Shown in pieces: positions 36,102 through 47,079 of a stretch of DNA of 64,000 bases. The first letter of the stretch is position 1. The number at the start of each line of letters is the position of its first letter. Location: the NCBI RefSeq assembly GCF_054482595.1, contig NZ_CM137008.1. The stretch is one strand, 5' to 3'. The notes under the pieces were generated by a model. The model was not told the DNA's origin. It searched no databases and saw nothing but the letters and a program-made list of their open reading frames with translations. Both the position numbers and the translations under genes were made by a program.

Positions 36102-38597
36102 ATGCTAACGATTCAATTTCTCTGTCCTTTGCCTAACGGTCTTCATGCCCGTCCGGCGTGGGAACTTAAAGAACAGTGCAGCCAGTGGCAAAGCGAAATC
36201 ACCTTCATCAACCATCGCCAGAACGCAAAGGCCGATGCCAAAAGCTCGCTGGCGCTGATTGGCACCGGCACCTTATTTAATGACAGTTGCAGCCTGAACA
36301 TTAGCGGCAGCGATGAAGAGCAGGCGCGGCGCGTGCTGGAAGAGTACATCCAGGTGTGCTTTATTGACAGCGACAGCGTTCAGCCAACGCAGGCAGAACT
36401 GACGGCGCATCCGCTGCCGCGTTCATTAAGCCGCCTTAACCCGGATTTACTGTACGGCAATGTGCTGGCAAGCGGCGTCGGCGTGGGTACGCTGACCCTG
36501 TTACAAAGCGACAGCCTCGACAGTTATCGGGCAATCCCCGCCAGTGCGCAAGACTCCACCCGGCTGGAGCACAGCCTGGCAACGCTTGCCGAGCAACTGA
36601 ACCAGCAATTGCGTGAGCGTGACGGCGAAAGCAAAACTATCCTCAGCGCCCATTTGTCGCTGATTCAGGATGATGAGTTCGCGGGCAATATCCGTCGCCT
36701 GATGACAGAACAGCATCAGGGGCTGGGGGCGGCGATCATCAGCAATATGGAGCAGGTTTGCGCCAAACTTTCTGCTTCTGCCAGCGATTATCTGCGCGAA
36801 CGTGTTAGCGACATTCGCGATATTAGCGAACAGTTGCTGCATATTACCTGGCCGGAACTGAAGCCGCGCAACAATCTGGTGCTGGAAAAACCGACTATTC
36901 TGGTGGCCGAGGATTTAGCCCCAAGCCAGTTTTTAAGCCTGGATTTAAAAAATCTTGCGGGCATGATTCTGGAGAAAACCGGGCGCACCTCGCATACCCT
37001 GATTCTGGCCCGCGCCTCGGCGATCCCGGTACTGAGCGGCCTGCCGCTGGATGCGATTGCCCGTTATGCCGGGCAACCTGCAGTGCTTGACGCCCAGTGC
37101 GGCGTGCTGGCGATTAACCCGAATGACGCGGTGAGCGGTTATTATCAGGTCGCGCAGACGCTGGCGGATAAACGCCAAAAACAACAGGCGCAGGCTGCCG
37201 CGCAGCTGGCTTATTCCCGTGATAACAAGCGTATTGATATCGCGGCGAATATTGGCACCGCTCTGGAAGCGCCTGGCGCGTTTGCCAACGGCGCGGAAGG
37301 CGTCGGGCTGTTCCGTACCGAAATGCTCTATATGGATCGCGACAGCGCGCCGGACGAGCAGGAGCAATTTGAAGCCTACCAGCAGGTGCTACTGGCAGCG
37401 GGCGACAAGCCGATTATCTTCCGCACAATGGACATCGGAGGCGATAAAAGCATTCCTTATCTGAATATTCCCCAGGAAGAGAACCCGTTCCTCGGCTATC
37501 GCGCGGTACGTATTTACCCGGAATTTGCTGGCCTGTTCCGCACTCAACTGCGGGCCATTTTGCGCGCAGCCAGTTTCGGCAACGCCCAGTTGATGATCCC
37601 AATGGTCCACAGTCTCGATCAGATCTTATGGGTGAAGGGCGAGATCCAGAAGGCGATCGTTGAGCTTAAGCGCGATGGTTTGCGTCACGCAGAAACGATC
37701 CCTCTGGGGATCATGGTGGAAGTACCGTCGGTGTGCTACATCATCGATCACTTCTGCGATGAGGTCGATTTCTTCAGTATCGGCTCCAACGATATGACCC
37801 AGTATCTGTATGCGGTCGATCGTAATAACCCGCGCGTATCGCCGCTATATAACCCGATTACGCCATCGTTCCTGCGCATGTTGCAGCAAATAGTTACCAC
37901 TGCGCATCAGCGGGGCAAATGGGTAGGCATTTGCGGTGAACTGGGCGGTGAAAGCCGTTATCTGTCGCTACTGCTTGGGCTGGGCCTGGATGAGCTGAGT
38001 ATGAGTAGCCCGCGCATTCCGGCGGTGAAAAGCCAGCTTCGTCAACTGGATAGCGAGGCGTGTCGGGAACTGGCACGTCAGGCGTGTGAATGTCGCAGCG
38101 CGCAGGAAATTGAAGCGTTACTCACCGCCTTTACGCCGGAAGAAGACGTTCGCCCACTGCTGGCGCTGGAGAATATCTTCGTTGATCAGGCCTTTAGCAA
38201 TAAAGAGCAGGCGATCCAGTTCCTGTGCGGTAACCTCGGCGTTAACGGGCGCACTGAACATCCGTTCGAGCTGGAAGAGGATGTCTGGCAGCGGGAAGAG
38301 ATTGTCACCACTGGCGTTGGTTTTGGCGTGGCGATCCCGCACACCAAATCTCAGTGGATCCGTCATTCCAGTATCAGCATTGCCCGGCTGGCGAAACCGG
38401 TTGACTGGCAGTCAGAAATGGGCGAAGTCGAACTGGTGATCATGCTGACGCTGGGTGCTAACGAAGGGATGAATCATGTGAAAGTCTTCTCGCAGCTGGC
38501 GCGTAAACTGGTGAATAAAAACTTCCGCCAGTCGTTGTTTGCCGCGCAAGATGCACAAAGTATCCTGACGCTGCTGGAAACAGAATTAACCTTCTGA
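36102..38597 (+). CDS. fryA: PTS multiphosphoryl transfer protein (HPr-like, Enzyme I-like and EIIA-Fru-like domains)
   Basis: 831 aa; N-terminal HPr-like (LPNGLHARPA), central EI-like (GGRTSHTLILARA; PEP-utilising), C-terminal EIIA; matches FryA. Confidence 0.9.
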   Translation: MLTIQFLCPLPNGLHARPAWELKEQCSQWQSEITFINHRQNAKADAKSSLALIGTGTLFNDSCSLNISGSDEEQARRVLEEYIQVCFIDSDSVQPTQAELTAHPLPRSLSRLNPDLLYGNVLASGVGVGTLTLLQSDSLDSYRAIPASAQDSTRLEHSLATLAEQLNQQLRERDGESKTILSAHLSLIQDDEFAGNIRRLMTEQHQGLGAAIISNMEQVCAKLSASASDYLRERVSDIRDISEQLLHITWPELKPRNNLVLEKPTILVAEDLAPSQFLSLDLKNLAGMILEKTGRTSHTLILARASAIPVLSGLPLDAIARYAGQPAVLDAQCGVLAINPNDAVSGYYQVAQTLADKRQKQQAQAAAQLAYSRDNKRIDIAANIGTALEAPGAFANGAEGVGLFRTEMLYMDRDSAPDEQEQFEAYQQVLLAAGDKPIIFRTMDIGGDKSIPYLNIPQEENPFLGYRAVRIYPEFAGLFRTQLRAILRAASFGNAQLMIPMVHSLDQILWVKGEIQKAIVELKRDGLRHAETIPLGIMVEVPSVCYIIDHFCDEVDFFSIGSNDMTQYLYAVDRNNPRVSPLYNPITPSFLRMLQQIVTTAHQRGKWVGICGELGGESRYLSLLLGLGLDELSMSSPRIPAVKSQLRQLDSEACRELARQACECRSAQEIEALLTAFTPEEDVRPLLALENIFVDQAFSNKEQAIQFLCGNLGVNGRTEHPFELEEDVWQREEIVTTGVGFGVAIPHTKSQWIRHSSISIARLAKPVDWQSEMGEVELVIMLTLGANEGMNHVKVFSQLARKLVNKNFRQSLFAAQDAQSILTLLETELTF

Positions 38598-38599
38598 CG

Positions 38600-39457
38600 T
38601 TAGCCCTGAAAACGGGCGCTGTACTCTCCCGGCGTCAGACCAAACTGACGCCGGAAAACGCGACAAAAATAGTCGCTATCCGGAAAACCGCAACGCTGTG
38701 CCACTTCATGAATTGACAGATGATATTTCTGCAAAATCATCCTCGCCTTCGCCATTCGCACCCAACGCACATATTCGATAAAACGCATTGTTCCATGCTG
38801 AGCAAACAGTTTTGACAGATGATTGGGCGTGATATTAAAAAACTGTGCCACGCTCTCGCGGGTGAGCTGCTGGGCATAATTATCCTGAACCCAGTTACAA
38901 ATGCTGTGATAGAGAAAATCGCCGCGCGGCTGCGAATTGCCCGGTGGCATATTCACCACGTTGCGGCAAAGATGCAGCAAACTTAACACCAGTGGCTGAA
39001 TGATATTCTGCTCCAGCGGCGAACGGCTAAGATGGGTGAGGGCGGTAAGTATCGCTTCACCTTCACCGCGTTGCAGGCTGGGAAGCTGGATCTGGCGAGC
39101 AGGATGCAACAACGACGTGGTGCGGCTATCGTAAAACGATAACCCAAGCCAGGTCGGTGCGAACACCAGACTTAACAGCATCACCGGTTTGTTGTTGATC
39201 GGTAAATTAGCCGCGCGCGCCGGAATAAACAGCATTTCTCCTTCCACCAAACGTTGCTGCTTTGCTTCCAGCAGATTGCCGTATTCGCCGCGCAGCACGA
39301 TATCCAGACGGGGAAAATCAATACATAAACTGCCCACCGGCAACGAGGCAGGCTGGCTGGCAAACCAGACGCGCCCCAGTAGTTGCGGGTTAAGCACCAG
39401 GCCGCTGAACAGATCGGCGAAAAATTGTTGATCGGCGGGCAAGCCTGGTGCTTTCAT
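38600..39457 (-). CDS. ypdC: AraC-family transcriptional regulator
   Basis: 285 aa; C-terminal AraC HTH; matches YpdC. Confidence 0.88.
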   Translation of the reverse strand: MKAPGLPADQQFFADLFSGLVLNPQLLGRVWFASQPASLPVGSLCIDFPRLDIVLRGEYGNLLEAKQQRLVEGEMLFIPARAANLPINNKPVMLLSLVFAPTWLGLSFYDSRTTSLLHPARQIQLPSLQRGEGEAILTALTHLSRSPLEQNIIQPLVLSLLHLCRNVVNMPPGNSQPRGDFLYHSICNWVQDNYAQQLTRESVAQFFNITPNHLSKLFAQHGTMRFIEYVRWVRMAKARMILQKYHLSIHEVAQRCGFPDSDYFCRVFRRQFGLTPGEYSARFQG

Positions 39458-39469
39458 GAAAGTTCCCGA

Positions 39470-40222
39470 TTAAAGATGCATTAACTGGCGAAATTCTTTT
39501 ACTTTGCTGCGGCTGACTGGCACTTCAAAATCCAGATCTTTCAGCCGCAGAATATAGGTGTTATTAAACCACGGTTCGATTTCGCGGATTTTGTTCAGAT
39601 TGACACAAAATGAGCGATGGCAGCGGAAAAAATGCGACGGCGGCAGTTTGCTGCAAAATTCGGTAATGTTCATCGGCATTACGTAGGATTCACGCCGCGT
39701 ATAGACAAAGGTCATTTTCTCGTGCGCTTCGGCGTAATAGATATCGTTAATTGGCGTGACGATTATTCGCTCATCTTTCACCAGATTAATGGTGTCATTC
39801 TCACGCGTTACCGTCGCGGCAGGCGTGCTGCTGGTCTGCTGTTGTTGCCAGGCCGCTTCCAGTTTTTGCAGCATCCCGGTAATGCGTGACTCCTGATACG
39901 GTTTGAGAATGTAGTCAAACGCCTCCAGTTCAAACGCTTCTACCGCATGTTCTTTCCACGCGGTGATGAACACAATAAACGGTTTATGGGCGAACTGGCT
40001 GATGTTTTGCGCCAGCAACACACCATCCAGCGACGGAATATTGATATCCAGAAAAATGGCGTCGACGCGGTTATGCTGCAAAAACTTCAACACGTCCAGA
40101 CCGTCGTCAAAGGTGCCGACAATCTCCATCTGGCTGTGCTCTTTAATTAGCCAGCTCAGTTCCTGTTGTGCCAGGAATTCGTCTTCAACAATGATGACTT
40201 TCACAATATCACTCCGGCTCAA
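39470..40222 (-). CDS. ypdB: LytTR-family two-component response regulator
   Basis: Receiver domain plus LytTR DNA-binding domain; ORF-track start 40222 (250 aa), alternative GTG at 40204 would give the 244-aa form I recall. Confidence 0.88.
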
Positions 40223-41916
40223 AGCAATAACGTAGCCTGTGAGGCGACTGGGGTGCGTTGGTTAGGAATGTAAAACGCAATTTCCGTTCCTGGTTCCAGG
40301 CGGCGGATATGCAGCCCCTCGCCATACAATAACTTCACGCGATGATGGACATTCAGCAGGCCAATTTTATTGCCCGGCATTTCATTCGCTTCGACCCGCT
40401 CAATCACCTTTGGATCGATGCCGTGCCCGGTATCCCGCACGGCAATGCGTACCCGATTGCCGCACTCTGCAACGCTGATGGTGACAACGCCTTTACCTTT
40501 GCAAGGCTGGATACCGTGGACAATGGCATTCTCCACCAACGGCTGGATCAGCAGGCTGGGAATGCAGCAATTCACCTCTTCATCAATATCATAGATAACC
40601 GTCAGCTTGTCGCCAAAGCGGGCCTGCTCAATGGCAATATAGTCTTTAATTTGATACAGCTCTTTTTTGATATCGATTTGCTCATCGTCTTTTAATTCAA
40701 TGTTATAGCGCAGATAACGCGACAGATTAAAGATCAGCTGGCGAGCAGTATCCGGATTCAGACGGATTGACGATGAAATAGCGTTCAAAGCGTTAAACAG
40801 GAAATGGGGATTAATTTTGCTTTGCAGGGCGCGAAGCTCTGCCTTATTTGCCATTTCACGTAGCTGCTCGGCGCGTGAAACCTCCAGTTGCGTGGAGATG
40901 ATTTGCGACAGACCAACCGCCATTTCCTGTAATGACGAGGTTATCTGATGCGCGTGGCAGTAGTAAATTTTCAGCGTTCCGGTCACAACGCCTTTCTCCC
41001 ACAATGGGATCACCAGCATGGAATGAATCTCTGGTGTGCGGTGGGCTTCATCATTGTTTTTAATGATGATTTTTCCGTAATTCATCGCCTGACGGGTAGT
41101 CGGGCTAATGAAGTCATCGCCATTCTGATAGTTATGTTCACCCACGCCAACATAGGCCAGCACATGATCGGTATTGGTAATCGCCACCGCATCGGCGTGA
41201 ATGTCATCGCGAATAATTTCACAAACTTTGCGTAATGACTCGCTATTGACATGGCGAAACAGAGGTAGCGTTTTGTTGGCGATATCCAGCGCCAACTTGG
41301 CCTGCCGCGCGGCGCTGGCCTCTTTTTCGCCCTCAACGCTTTGCACCAGAAGCACAATAAAGCCGATACAGACGCTGCCGAGGATCATTGGAATCCCGAT
41401 TTTAGAGACGATATCGATCCCCAACGCGGTAGTTGGTGCCCAGACAATCACCAGAATCATGGTCAACGTTTCACACAACATGCCGCCGAGAATACCGACG
41501 CGCCAGCGCTGTGCTTTGGGGATTTTCAGGTTGATCCAGCCCGATATACAACCAGCCAGAATGCTGGTGATAAAGCAGGGGATCGCCGTCACGCCACCGA
41601 TATCAATTAAATAACGATGAATACCCGCAATCACGCCGGTAATGATGCCCACCCACGGGCCAAACAGAATCCCGCCGGACATCACCGCGATAATACGTAC
41701 GTTCACCAGCGAGCCTTCTACGGGAACGCCGGACCAGGTGCTGAAGAGGGCGAACAGAGAGAAAATGGCGGTAACGGCGAGCAACTCTTTCGGTGAGTGT
41801 GCCGACTTGTGCAACAGTTCGCGAAACAGGCGGATACGGATGAGAAAGAACAGGCAGATAAGCATTAACGCTGCCCGATCGAAGACCGCCAGCAGCATGT
41901 TGAATATTTCGTGCAC
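40219..41916 (-). CDS. ypdA: LytS-type sensor histidine kinase (5TM-GAF-HK)
   Basis: 565 aa; N-terminal multi-TM, C-terminal His-kinase ([10 protein letters not shown]) and ATPase motifs; stop overlaps ypdB start. Confidence 0.9.
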
Positions 41917-42292
41917 GGGTGACTCTGAATAAGGATTAAACCTCTATGATAGGTAACCTGAAGGCTGATGACCAGCAGGCCGTTTTTGAGGAAAAACCAC
42001 AATTTTAAAAGGGGATTGATAGATAAATGGTGTATTAGCAATGCATCTCTTGATAATGCACTTCTGGTTGGTAAATTTATTGAAATTATTATGTTAATAA
42101 AATGAGTGGTAATTTTCTTGTTAGCGCAGATAATTTTCCTGTTTTTAAAGCAGAGTTCCTCATTTAACGTCATTAATAAAAATGTTCTAAAACGCTGGAC
42201 AGACAGAAATTAATCAGGCTATTTTCAAAACAGCCACCATCGTGGCAGCGTCGCTCGGACGGTCCGGGCGCTAACGTTAATCTGAGGAAATT

Positions 42293-43531
42293 ATGGCTGA
42301 CACTCGCCCTGAACGTCGCTTTACGCGCATTGATCGTCTCCCGCCCTATGTTTTTAACATTACCGCTGAACTGAAAATGGCTGCGCGTCGGCGCGGCGAA
42401 GATATTATCGATTTCAGTATGGGTAACCCGGACGGTGCGACTCCGCCGCATATCGTCGAAAAATTATGTACTGTGGCCCAGCGCCCGGACACGCATGGTT
42501 ACTCCACTTCACGCGGTATTCCGCGGCTACGTCGCGCCATTTCCCGCTGGTATCAGGATCGCTACGACGTTGAAATCGACCCGGAATCAGAAGCCATCGT
42601 CACTATTGGTTCGAAAGAGGGCCTGGCGCATCTGATGCTGGCGACACTGGATCACGGTGACACAGTGCTGGTGCCGAATCCAAGTTACCCCATTCATATT
42701 TACGGCGCGGTGATTGCCGGGGCTCAGGTACGCTCAGTGCCGCTGGTGGAAGGTGTCGATTTCTTCAACGAACTGGAGCGCGCCATTCGTGAAAGTTATC
42801 CGAAACCGAAGATGATGATCCTCGGCTTCCCGTCGAACCCAACCGCGCAATGCGTGGAACTGGAGTTCTTCGAAAAGGTTGTGGCGCTGGCGAAACGCTA
42901 CGATGTGCTGGTGGTCCATGACCTGGCCTATGCCGATATCGTCTACGATGGCTGGAAAGCGCCGTCAATCATGCAGGTGCCGGGTGCACGCGATGTGGCG
43001 GTCGAGTTCTTTACGCTGTCGAAAAGCTACAACATGGCGGGCTGGCGTATCGGCTTTATGGTTGGCAACAAAACGCTGGTCAGCGCCCTGGCACGTATTA
43101 AAAGCTATCACGATTACGGCACCTTTACGCCGTTGCAGGTGGCGGCGATTGCGGCACTCGAGGGCGATCAACAGTGCGTGCGCGACATTGCCGAACAGTA
43201 CAAACGCCGCCGTGATGTATTGGTTAAAGGGCTGCATGAAGCGGGCTGGATGGTCGAAATGCCGAAGGCTTCGATGTATGTCTGGGCGAAAATACCGGAA
43301 CCGTATGCTGCCATGGGCTCGCTGGAATTTGCCAAGAAATTGCTTAACGAAGCGAAGGTCTGTGTCTCTCCGGGGATTGGCTTTGGCGACTATGGTGATA
43401 CGCATGTGCGCTTTGCACTGATTGAAAACCGCGACCGTATTCGTCAGGCGATTCGTGGGATTAAAGCGATGTTCCGTGCCGACGGTTTACTACCCGCCAG
43501 CAGCAAACATATTCACGAAAACGCGGAATAA
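42293..43531 (+). CDS. alaC: Glutamate-pyruvate aminotransferase (class I PLP aminotransferase)
   Basis: 412 aa; PLP lysine context [10 protein letters not shown]; matches AlaC (YfdZ). Confidence 0.93.
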   Translation: MADTRPERRFTRIDRLPPYVFNITAELKMAARRRGEDIIDFSMGNPDGATPPHIVEKLCTVAQRPDTHGYSTSRGIPRLRRAISRWYQDRYDVEIDPESEAIVTIGSKEGLAHLMLATLDHGDTVLVPNPSYPIHIYGAVIAGAQVRSVPLVEGVDFFNELERAIRESYPKPKMMILGFPSNPTAQCVELEFFEKVVALAKRYDVLVVHDLAYADIVYDGWKAPSIMQVPGARDVAVEFFTLSKSYNMAGWRIGFMVGNKTLVSALARIKSYHDYGTFTPLQVAAIAALEGDQQCVRDIAEQYKRRRDVLVKGLHEAGWMVEMPKASMYVWAKIPEPYAAMGSLEFAKKLLNEAKVCVSPGIGFGDYGDTHVRFALIENRDRIRQAIRGIKAMFRADGLLPASSKHIHENAE

Positions 43532-43550
43532 ACACCGACCTCAGAAATGC

Positions 43551-43580
43551 AAACAGGAGCCTGATGGCTCCTGTTTTTCA
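43551..43580. terminator. Bidirectional terminator between alaC and ypdK
   Basis: aaacaggagc-ctgatg-gctcctgttt followed by ttca. Confidence 0.7.
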
Positions 43581-43595
43581 TTGCACAGTTTGCTT

Positions 43596-43667
43596 TTAGA
43601 TCATCAGGGCAAAAGTACCGGCCCAAACGATGACCATAAAAGAAATGCCCATAAAGAAATATTTCAC
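43596..43667 (-). CDS. ypdK: Small hydrophobic membrane protein (23 aa)
   Basis: Manual translation: GTG-initiated MKYFFMGISFMVIVWAGTFALMI, stop TAA; not in the supplied ORF track (too short); matches the small protein YpdK as recalled. Confidence 0.5.
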   Translation of the reverse strand: MKYFFMGISFMVIVWAGTFALMI

Positions 43668-44022
43668 TTTACATCTCTCCGCGTAATTGCTGTTACGCCT
43701 GAATGACTTCATTACACCTGATACAGTGAGTTGACACCGGGCAAAACGACCTTAAAAGTCCTGTATTTTACCGTGGGCATCACCCCAGAATTCTGAGCTA
43801 AACTGCTCGAGACGGCGCTAATGTACGCCTAAAACTGAAACGAGACAAGAGGCATTTTCTTATTTACTTTTAGTAACTTACAGGTGTCTCATATCGGCGA
43901 CAGTTTAATTTCTGACGGTAATAATTAGATATTCAGCGAAGGAAAAAACCTTAAGAAAAAAGCCATAAAAACCATGAGGTTATTATGGCTTATGTGAGGA
44001 GGTAAAGAGTCAGAGCAGTTTG

Positions 44023-44943
44023 TTAAATGTATAACGACGATTCTCCCACCGGGCGCGTTTTAAAGCGACGGTGGATCCAGAGGTACTGCTCCGGTGCGCG
44101 CATGATTTCTTTCTCGATAATCTTGTTCATATAGGCAGCGGCTTGATTTTCATCTGTCGGGTAGCCTTCCATCTCTGGGGTGATGAACAAACGATATCCG
44201 CTGTAATCCGCTTTTCTTACCATCGTTACGGTCAACATGGCTGCGCCAGAGAGACGGGAGAGAACATAGGTGCCATTGGTTGTGGCGACATTTTCTACCG
44301 CAAAGAACGGCGCGAAGGAGCTGCCTTTACGACCATAATCCTGATCGGGAGCAAACCATACCGCTTCACCTTTCTTCAGTGCACTGACAATGCCGCGCAG
44401 ATTATTTCTGCCGATCATCGCTTTGTTAGAGCGCATGCGACCACGGGTCTGCACCCATTCCATCAGCTGATTATTATGTGGACGATAGGTAGCCATCATT
44501 GGCTGACAAAGTCCCATCACGCGGCCGCCCAGTTCCAGCGACATAAAATGGACGCCGACAACCATTACGCCGCGATTTTGCATTTGTGCGCGTTTAAGGT
44601 TATCCAGCCCTTCAACATCAAACCATTTACGTACGCGACTGTCGGGCCAGAACCACGCCATGCCGGTTTCTACCAGCGCCATGCCGAGTGAACGAAAGTT
44701 TTCGGCAATCATCTTCTCGCGTTCTTCCGCAGAATGCTGCGGGAAGCAAAGTTCCAGGTTTTTACGGGCGATAGATTCACGCCGTTTCAGGAATGGTCGC
44801 GCCATTGCGCCAATACGCGTGCCGAGAAAGCAGAGAACAGGATAAGGAAGCTGTACCCAAAGCCAGAGTACACCAAGCCCAAACCATGTGAGCCAGTAGC
44901 GAGGATGTAGAAACTCGCGGGAAAATTTGCATTGTGGAAACAT
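44023..44943 (-). CDS. lpxP: Lipid A palmitoleoyltransferase (cold-induced LpxL paralogue)
   Basis: 306 aa from internal ATG (MFPQCKFSREFLHPRYWLTW...); matches LpxP. Confidence 0.9.
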   Translation of the reverse strand: MFPQCKFSREFLHPRYWLTWFGLGVLWLWVQLPYPVLCFLGTRIGAMARPFLKRRESIARKNLELCFPQHSAEEREKMIAENFRSLGMALVETGMAWFWPDSRVRKWFDVEGLDNLKRAQMQNRGVMVVGVHFMSLELGGRVMGLCQPMMATYRPHNNQLMEWVQTRGRMRSNKAMIGRNNLRGIVSALKKGEAVWFAPDQDYGRKGSSFAPFFAVENVATTNGTYVLSRLSGAAMLTVTMVRKADYSGYRLFITPEMEGYPTDENQAAAYMNKIIEKEIMRAPEQYLWIHRRFKTRPVGESSLYI

Positions 44944-45295
44944 AGTTACCTTCTGTAGATACGAATTGTTGTATCGCAGAAGATTCCATGTCGACAGCGG
45001 TACACTCAATTGGTTGGGCCATCATGTACGACAATGGTTCCTGTAAAGAGTGTAAAGACTAGTCAGGACATAACCACGAGGAGCATGAATGCGGTGGCTC
45101 TACTTTATCACTGGCTGACTGCTTTCAGCTACTGATTATTAATCGTGCAAAGTAAATATTTTTCCGTACATAACAGTCTTGCATTTAACATACTGTTTTC
45201 ATTGATGCTTAGCAAAAATTGCCAGAGGTTAAGGATTGTCTTACTATTAAAGTGACTGAAGTTACAGGTTTTTTAGCGCGGCAGGAGGTTGAGCT

Positions 45296-45538
45296 ATGAT
45301 TTATTTATGGATGTTTCTCGCCCTGTGTATTGTCTGCGTAAGCGGCTACATCGGTCAGGTACTGAACGTGGTATCGGCGGTCTCTTCTTTCTTCGGCATG
45401 GTGATCCTCGCTGCACTCATTTATTACTTCACCATGTGGTTAACAGGCGGTAATGAACTGGTGACGGGGATATTTATGTTTCTTGCCCCGGCTTGTGGCT
45501 TGATGATTCGCTTTATGGTGGGGTATGGCAGGCGGTAG
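45296..45538 (+). CDS. yfdY: Small DUF2545 inner membrane protein
   Basis: 80 aa, two TM helices; matches YfdY. Confidence 0.8.
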   Translation: MIYLWMFLALCIVCVSGYIGQVLNVVSAVSSFFGMVILAALIYYFTMWLTGGNELVTGIFMFLAPACGLMIRFMVGYGRR

Positions 45539-45614
45539 TGGGTCAGGATGGCTCATTTGGGCAGGTGTTCACATCAGCATCAGACATGATTGCTCACCTG
45601 CCATGTGACAGACG

Positions 45615-45890
45615 CTATCGCACAGGATGAATAAGATAACTCGCCTTTGTCGGATAAGTGGGCGTGGTTTCTTCTGTGAGGTTTAATGGTGGCGCATCTT
45701 CTCTCATCTTAAACAAAATCGCCTGTGATGGCTGAAATTTTGTAGAGTGAGTTGTCGTCATCGCTGACGTTTTTTCCGTCTCTTTATAGCTCGCCTCACT
45801 ACCACCACCAGAAATAGAAAATGCAAAAACATTGCATGCCATAATAGAGACCAATAAAAATAAGCTAAAAAGCATTAAGTTTACTTTCAT
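45615..45890 (-). CDS. ypdI: Small lipoprotein YpdI
   Basis: 91 aa with lipoprotein signal (LLVSIMAC); matches YpdI. Confidence 0.8.
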   Translation of the reverse strand: MKVNLMLFSLFLLVSIMACNVFAFSISGGGSEASYKETEKTSAMTTTHSTKFQPSQAILFKMREDAPPLNLTEETTPTYPTKASYLIHPVR

Positions 45891-46032
45891 AGAAAGTTAT
45901 CCTGAAAATGGTTCACTGAAAACCTACGACGTTATGGCTGTATTTACATATAATTAATCAGTATTTACATCGATATAATAAATGACATCTCTTTGTGGTA
46001 TATAAGAATAGTTCTCTGTGACAGGAAGCAGA

Positions 46033-46050
46033 TTCCTACAACTGTAAGAT
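46033..46050 (+). promoter_or_regulatory. EvgA box upstream of yfdX
   Basis: TTCCTACA-AC-TGTAAGAT, 17/18 match to the EvgA 18-bp inverted-repeat consensus TTCYTACA-N2-TGTARGAA; a second half-site-like copy at 46073..46090. Confidence 0.6.
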
Positions 46051-46185
46051 TAAAATACTTCTTGCGATAATAACTACAAGTGTAAGATAACCCTTTCAAA
46101 ATGACCGTTGCTCTCTGATTTCTCATTTCATGCTCACCCAATATGATGGCGGCGTTTTCTAAAACTGTTAAAGAATGAGGTAAGT

Positions 46186-46818
46186 ATGAAACGTTTAATT
46201 ATGGCTACGATGGTCACAGCTATTCTGGCATCTTCAACTGTATGGGCTGCTGATAATGCACCGGTAGCGGCACAACAGCAAACTCAGCAAGTTCAGCAAA
46301 CCCAGAAAACGGCAGCAGCAGAGCGTATCTCTGAACAAGGTTTATATGCGATGCGTGACGTGCAGGTAGCGCGCCTGGCTCTGTTTCATGGCGATCCGGA
46401 AAAGGCAAAAGAACTGACCAATGAAGCTTCCGCTTTGTTGTCAGATGACAGTACCGAATGGGCAAAGTTCGCTAAGCCAGGTAAAAAGACCAATCTCAAT
46501 GATGACCAATATATTGTCATTAATGCATCTGTCGGAATTTCTGAGAGTTATGTAGCGACACCCGAAAAAGAAGCCGCGATAAAAATTGCCAATGAAAAAA
46601 TGGCGAAAGGGGATAAAAAGGGCGCAATGGAAGAGCTTCGCCTGGCCGGTGTTGGTGTAATGGAAAACCAATATCTGATGCCGCTTAAACAGACTCGTAA
46701 TGCACTTGCTGATGCGCAGAAACTGCTTGATAAAAAGCAATACTACGAGGCAAACCTGGCGCTTAAAGGTGCGGAAGATGGAATCATCGTCGATAGCGAA
46801 GCACTGTTTGTGAACTAA
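46186..46818 (+). CDS. yfdX: EvgA-regulated periplasmic protein YfdX
   Basis: 210 aa with signal peptide; matches YfdX. Confidence 0.9.
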   Translation: MKRLIMATMVTAILASSTVWAADNAPVAAQQQTQQVQQTQKTAAAERISEQGLYAMRDVQVARLALFHGDPEKAKELTNEASALLSDDSTEWAKFAKPGKKTNLNDDQYIVINASVGISESYVATPEKEAAIKIANEKMAKGDKKGAMEELRLAGVGVMENQYLMPLKQTRNALADAQKLLDKKQYYEANLALKGAEDGIIVDSEALFVN

Positions 46819-46872
46819 TGCTGACTGGCAGTATATTGAGGTAAAGGATTTAACTCCCTCCAGACGACAATT

Positions 46873-46909
46873 TTTTATGACCACAATACGACAGGTTGTG
46901 GTCATAAAA
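46873..46909. terminator. 14-bp perfect inverted repeat (hairpin) downstream of yfdX
   Basis: ttttatgaccacaa-tacgacagg-ttgtggtcataaaa; could be a terminator or a protein-binding palindrome. Confidence 0.4.
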
Positions 46910-47061
46910 TTATTTGGCGCTCGCTGTTCTATAAACTCGCATTTTATATTCCTCAAAGTAAACCGCAATAATCCCGTGTCATCACAAATCATTTAATATG
47001 TTATATTTTATGGTACGCTTTAAAAAGCGTAATCATACCCTTACTTGTAAATCACCGGCGC

Positions 47062-47079
47062 TTCTTACAGTTGTAAGAA
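47062..47079 (+). promoter_or_regulatory. Perfect EvgA-box palindrome upstream of frc
   Basis: TTCTTACA-GT-TGTAAGAA, 18/18 symmetric match to the EvgA consensus, about 250 bp upstream of the frc start. Confidence 0.55.

Noticed and set aside
46441-46992. 183-aa minus-strand ORF overlapping yfdX and its downstream hairpin
   Set aside because: Low-complexity translation with no recognisable domain, overlapping a signal-peptide-bearing gene; considered a chance ORF, though an unusually long one for AT-rich DNA.
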